Under the pieces are notes generated by a model. That model saw only the letters and a list, made by a program, of their open reading frames with translations, made no database searches and was not told where the DNA came from. Made by a program: the position numbers and the translations under genes. Source: Microthyrium microscopicum (lineage: Eukaryota). From it: a stretch of 64,000 bases of DNA. This document shows, one piece after another, positions 60,985 to 64,000 of the stretch. The number at the start of each line of letters is the position of its first letter. The stretch's first letter is position 1. The DNA lies in NCBI GenBank assembly GCA_010405405.1, contig MU004238.1, positions 755,530 through 819,529 on the forward strand. Direction: 5' to 3'.

Positions 60985-62445
60985 ATGTGGTACGTTCCGC
61001 TAGCTGTTCTCCTGAAATGGCCATTGCCAAATTATATCAATCCCGAGACCAGAGGCTCCGAGGTTTGGGCTGTCAGCTTCATCTTCCTGATACTTTCAAC
61101 TATCTGTGTTGGTCTACGGCTCTACACAAGAGTCTTTGTGAGGAAATGGATAGGCCCAGACGACTTGCTTATCCTGATCGCCTATGTAAGTTTTGTAGCT
61201 CTCGATCCGATATTAACTTGCTAACCTATTGCCCAGCTGTCAACAGTAGCGGTGACTGCATGTGTGGCCGTAGGAAATGCGCACTATGATTGGGATAGAC
61301 ATGCCTACGATATACCAATTCCACTGTTTTCTTGTAAGTTGTACTATTCGAACATTCTGTATAAGAACTTACACCACTAACATCATCAGCATCCATCAAG
61401 ATGTTTTACATAACCAAGATCTTCTGGAGCATCGCCACATCTCTAGTCCGCCTCTCAGTCCTCTGTCTCTACTACCGTCTCATCAGCCGCTGCAATGCGC
61501 CCGCCCGATACATCTACACCCTCCACGCCATGACATTCGTCACCATCGCTCTCCTCATATGCTACCTCTTCGTCAACATCTTCCCCTGCAAGTCCGTCCC
61601 CCCTCCAATCCCTCTTCAAATTGACAATCACTGACACCACCCATAGCCCAATATCCCTGTACTGGTCCTGGCCCCCCACAGCCGACAGCAACTGCATCAA
61701 CGACGGAACCTGGATGATGGCCACCGCAATAATCAACACCCTCTCCGAAGCAATCATCGCCCTCCTCCCCATCCTCGCCGTCTACCGCTTACGCGTCGCG
61801 CCCCACCAGCGTTGGAGTATCATCGGTCTCCTATCTCTCGGTTTCTTCGTCGCAGTTGCCGGCGCATTCCGCACATTCTACATCTGGAAGACGGTCACAA
61901 CGTACGACATGTCCTGGTGGGCCGCGCCTCATTGGATATGCTCGGAAGTCGAAATCAACATGGCGTTGATTTCTGCGTGCGCGGCACCGCTGAAGCCGGT
62001 GATTACGAGGATATTGAAGAAGAGGAGATCGAGTTTTTTGCCATTTGCGCATACGAGTAGGCTTGCGACGAGGAGTAGCTATAGTACGTTGTCGAGGCTT
62101 TCGCAGAAGTCGGCGAAGGATGCGAAGAGGGGGGATAGTTGGACTAATAGTACACCGCCGAGCTATACAAACATTGATCTTGAAGGTATTGACAGGCACG
62201 ATGGGCTTGGGTATTCAGTGAAGATTACGGGCCCGCCACGACCTGAACGTACTGGAAAATTGCGAAAGCGATTCCGGCCGGTCAAGTTGAGTATTCCGTT
62301 GAAGACGGCGAGTGTTTCGCGCAAGATGAGTCTTTCGAGTGCAGGCTCCTGGACGTTGGACCGCAGACAGGATGTTTTTGCAGAGACGACGATTAGCATT
62401 AGTGAGAGCTGGGAAAGGGAGAACGCAAGGCAAGGGACGAGATGA
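60985..62445 (+). CDS. PTH11-like integral membrane protein (fungal rhodopsin-like GPCR domain, no CFEM)
   Basis: WPLPNYINPETRG, LRLYTR..WIGPDD, YDWDRHAYD, SVLCLYYRL, EINMALISACAAPLKP; three introns. Confidence 0.88.
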
Positions 62446-62573
62446 TTGTATGACTTGGTGAATGACCTGGGGGTTTAGGAGGAGTTGGGAGGCAATATTG
62501 TCGATACCTTATTATGATATGATGAATTTACACAAAGCTCCATATGAAATATTTGGCAACTTTCGCTAAGGGA

Positions 62574-64000
62574 TCAATAAACAAAATATGCCTGACTCAA
62601 CGGTAACGTCTCCGACGGCTCCGCCGTACACACTTCTCCATCTGCCTCGACAGTCTATCACGCGTTAGCAAAAGGTCTACTGCTACGAAAAATGTACTCA
62701 CATATCGTTCCGGATCTACCTTCATCTTTGGCATAGCATCATTATACTTCATATCCTTCTTGCCCACCGTCCGACATCCCTTGACAGCCTCAATCCTCTT
62801 TCGCAGACCGTACGTCTCAATCACACCACTTGCGATACTCGCCTGACTCACAAATGTCACACTAGTACTCGGCACCAAAGGCGCAAACATAGGCCGCATA
62901 ATCACAGGCTCCACCGTCGGGATACTCGCGTTGGGATCACCCATCTGCGCATAACTCACCATACCGCTCTTGAGCACTAACTTCGGCTTAACACCGAAAT
63001 TTGCTGGCGTCCACAGTACAAGATCAGCCAACTTGCCCACCTCTACACTGCCAAGCAGATGGCCCATACCCTGCGCCAGTGCCGGGTTGATGGTGTATTT
63101 GGAAATGTAGCGCTTCACCCGTGTGTTGTCTGCGTCAGAGCCAGCGTCTTCAGGCAGTGTGCCGCGTTGTACTTTGTTCTTGTGGGCAGTGTGCCAGGTA
63201 CGTAGGATGACTTCGCCACAGCGGCCCATGGCTTGCGAGTCGGAGGACATCATGCTGATGGCACCGAGATCGTGCAGGACGTCTTCGGCGGCGATTGTCT
63301 CAGCGCGGATTCGGGATTCGGCAAAGGCGACGTCTTCGGGGATGTTGCGGGATAAGTGATGGCAAACCATTAACATGTCGAGATGCTCGTCCAACGTGTT
63401 GCGCGTGTATGGCCTTGTGGGATTGGTGCTGGATGGAAGGACGTTGGGGTGCTCGACGACGGAGATAATGTCCGGCGCGTGGCCACCACCTGCACCTTCA
63501 GTGTGATAGGTATGAATGGTACGGCCTTTGAAGGCATCGACGGTGGTTTCGACAAAGCCAGATTCGTTCAGGGTGTCGGTATGGATTAGGCACTGGACGT
63601 CCATTTCATCGCAGACGGTGAGACAGGCGTCAATTGCAGCTGGAGTAGTGCCCCAATCTTCGTGGAGTTTGAGACCGACGACACCGGCTTCAACTTGCTC
63701 TCTGAGTGGCACTGGTGACGAGTCGTTGCCTTTGCCTGTGATACCATAGTTGACTGGTAGTTCGTCAATTGCCTGAAGCATTTGACGAATGTGTGTTGCG
63801 CCAGGAGTGCATGTAGTAGCGCATGTTCCAGTACTATATCTCGTCAGCTGTTGGAACACATATACGGAACAATACTCACCTTGGACCCGTTCCTCCACCC
63901 AACATCGTAGTAACACCAGAAGCAATCGACTCGTACGCCTGCTGCGGACAAATAAAATGAATATGCGAATCCAGCCCACCAGCCGTAAGAATCAGCTTCT
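62574..64000 (-). CDS. URE1: Urease, C-terminal (alpha-subunit) portion; 5' part outside the window
   Basis: [57 protein letters not shown]; last exon ends QAYFVY*. Confidence 0.97.

Overview
Eukaryotic DNA from a filamentous ascomycete (Pezizomycotina, plausibly a Dothideomycete; the species cannot be determined from the sequence). It is gene-dense, with short (~50 nt) GT-AG introns and CTRAY branch points, so the ORF track fragments most genes. I reconstructed 22 protein-coding genes by hand; exon boundaries are approximate. Conserved genes: ARE-type sterol O-acyltransferase, AP-1 gamma adaptin, eEF3, RFC1, mitochondrial L16, an AtrR-like Zn2Cys6 regulator, a PTEN/TEP1-like phosphatase, an AAA+ ATPase, a LanC-like protein, a PTH11-like membrane protein and urease (partial). 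Accessory genes: an Agd3-type polysaccharide deacetylase with two N-terminal hevein/CBM18 modules, an SDR, a small secreted orphan, a methyltransferase-like protein, two alpha/beta hydrolases, a cis-CaaD-like tautomerase, a secreted CocE/NonD hydrolase and a large orphan membrane protein. The most striking element lies between eEF3 and RFC1: a head-to-head pair of highly diverged, paralogous non-RD protein kinases (23552-26778 minus, 27515-30011 plus). They share a ~740 bp bidirectional spacer, a private C-terminal domain, acidic tails and basic N-termini. One looks intact and the other degenerate, and each has its own unusually long intron. No convincing tRNA, rRNA, transposon or CRISPR was found.
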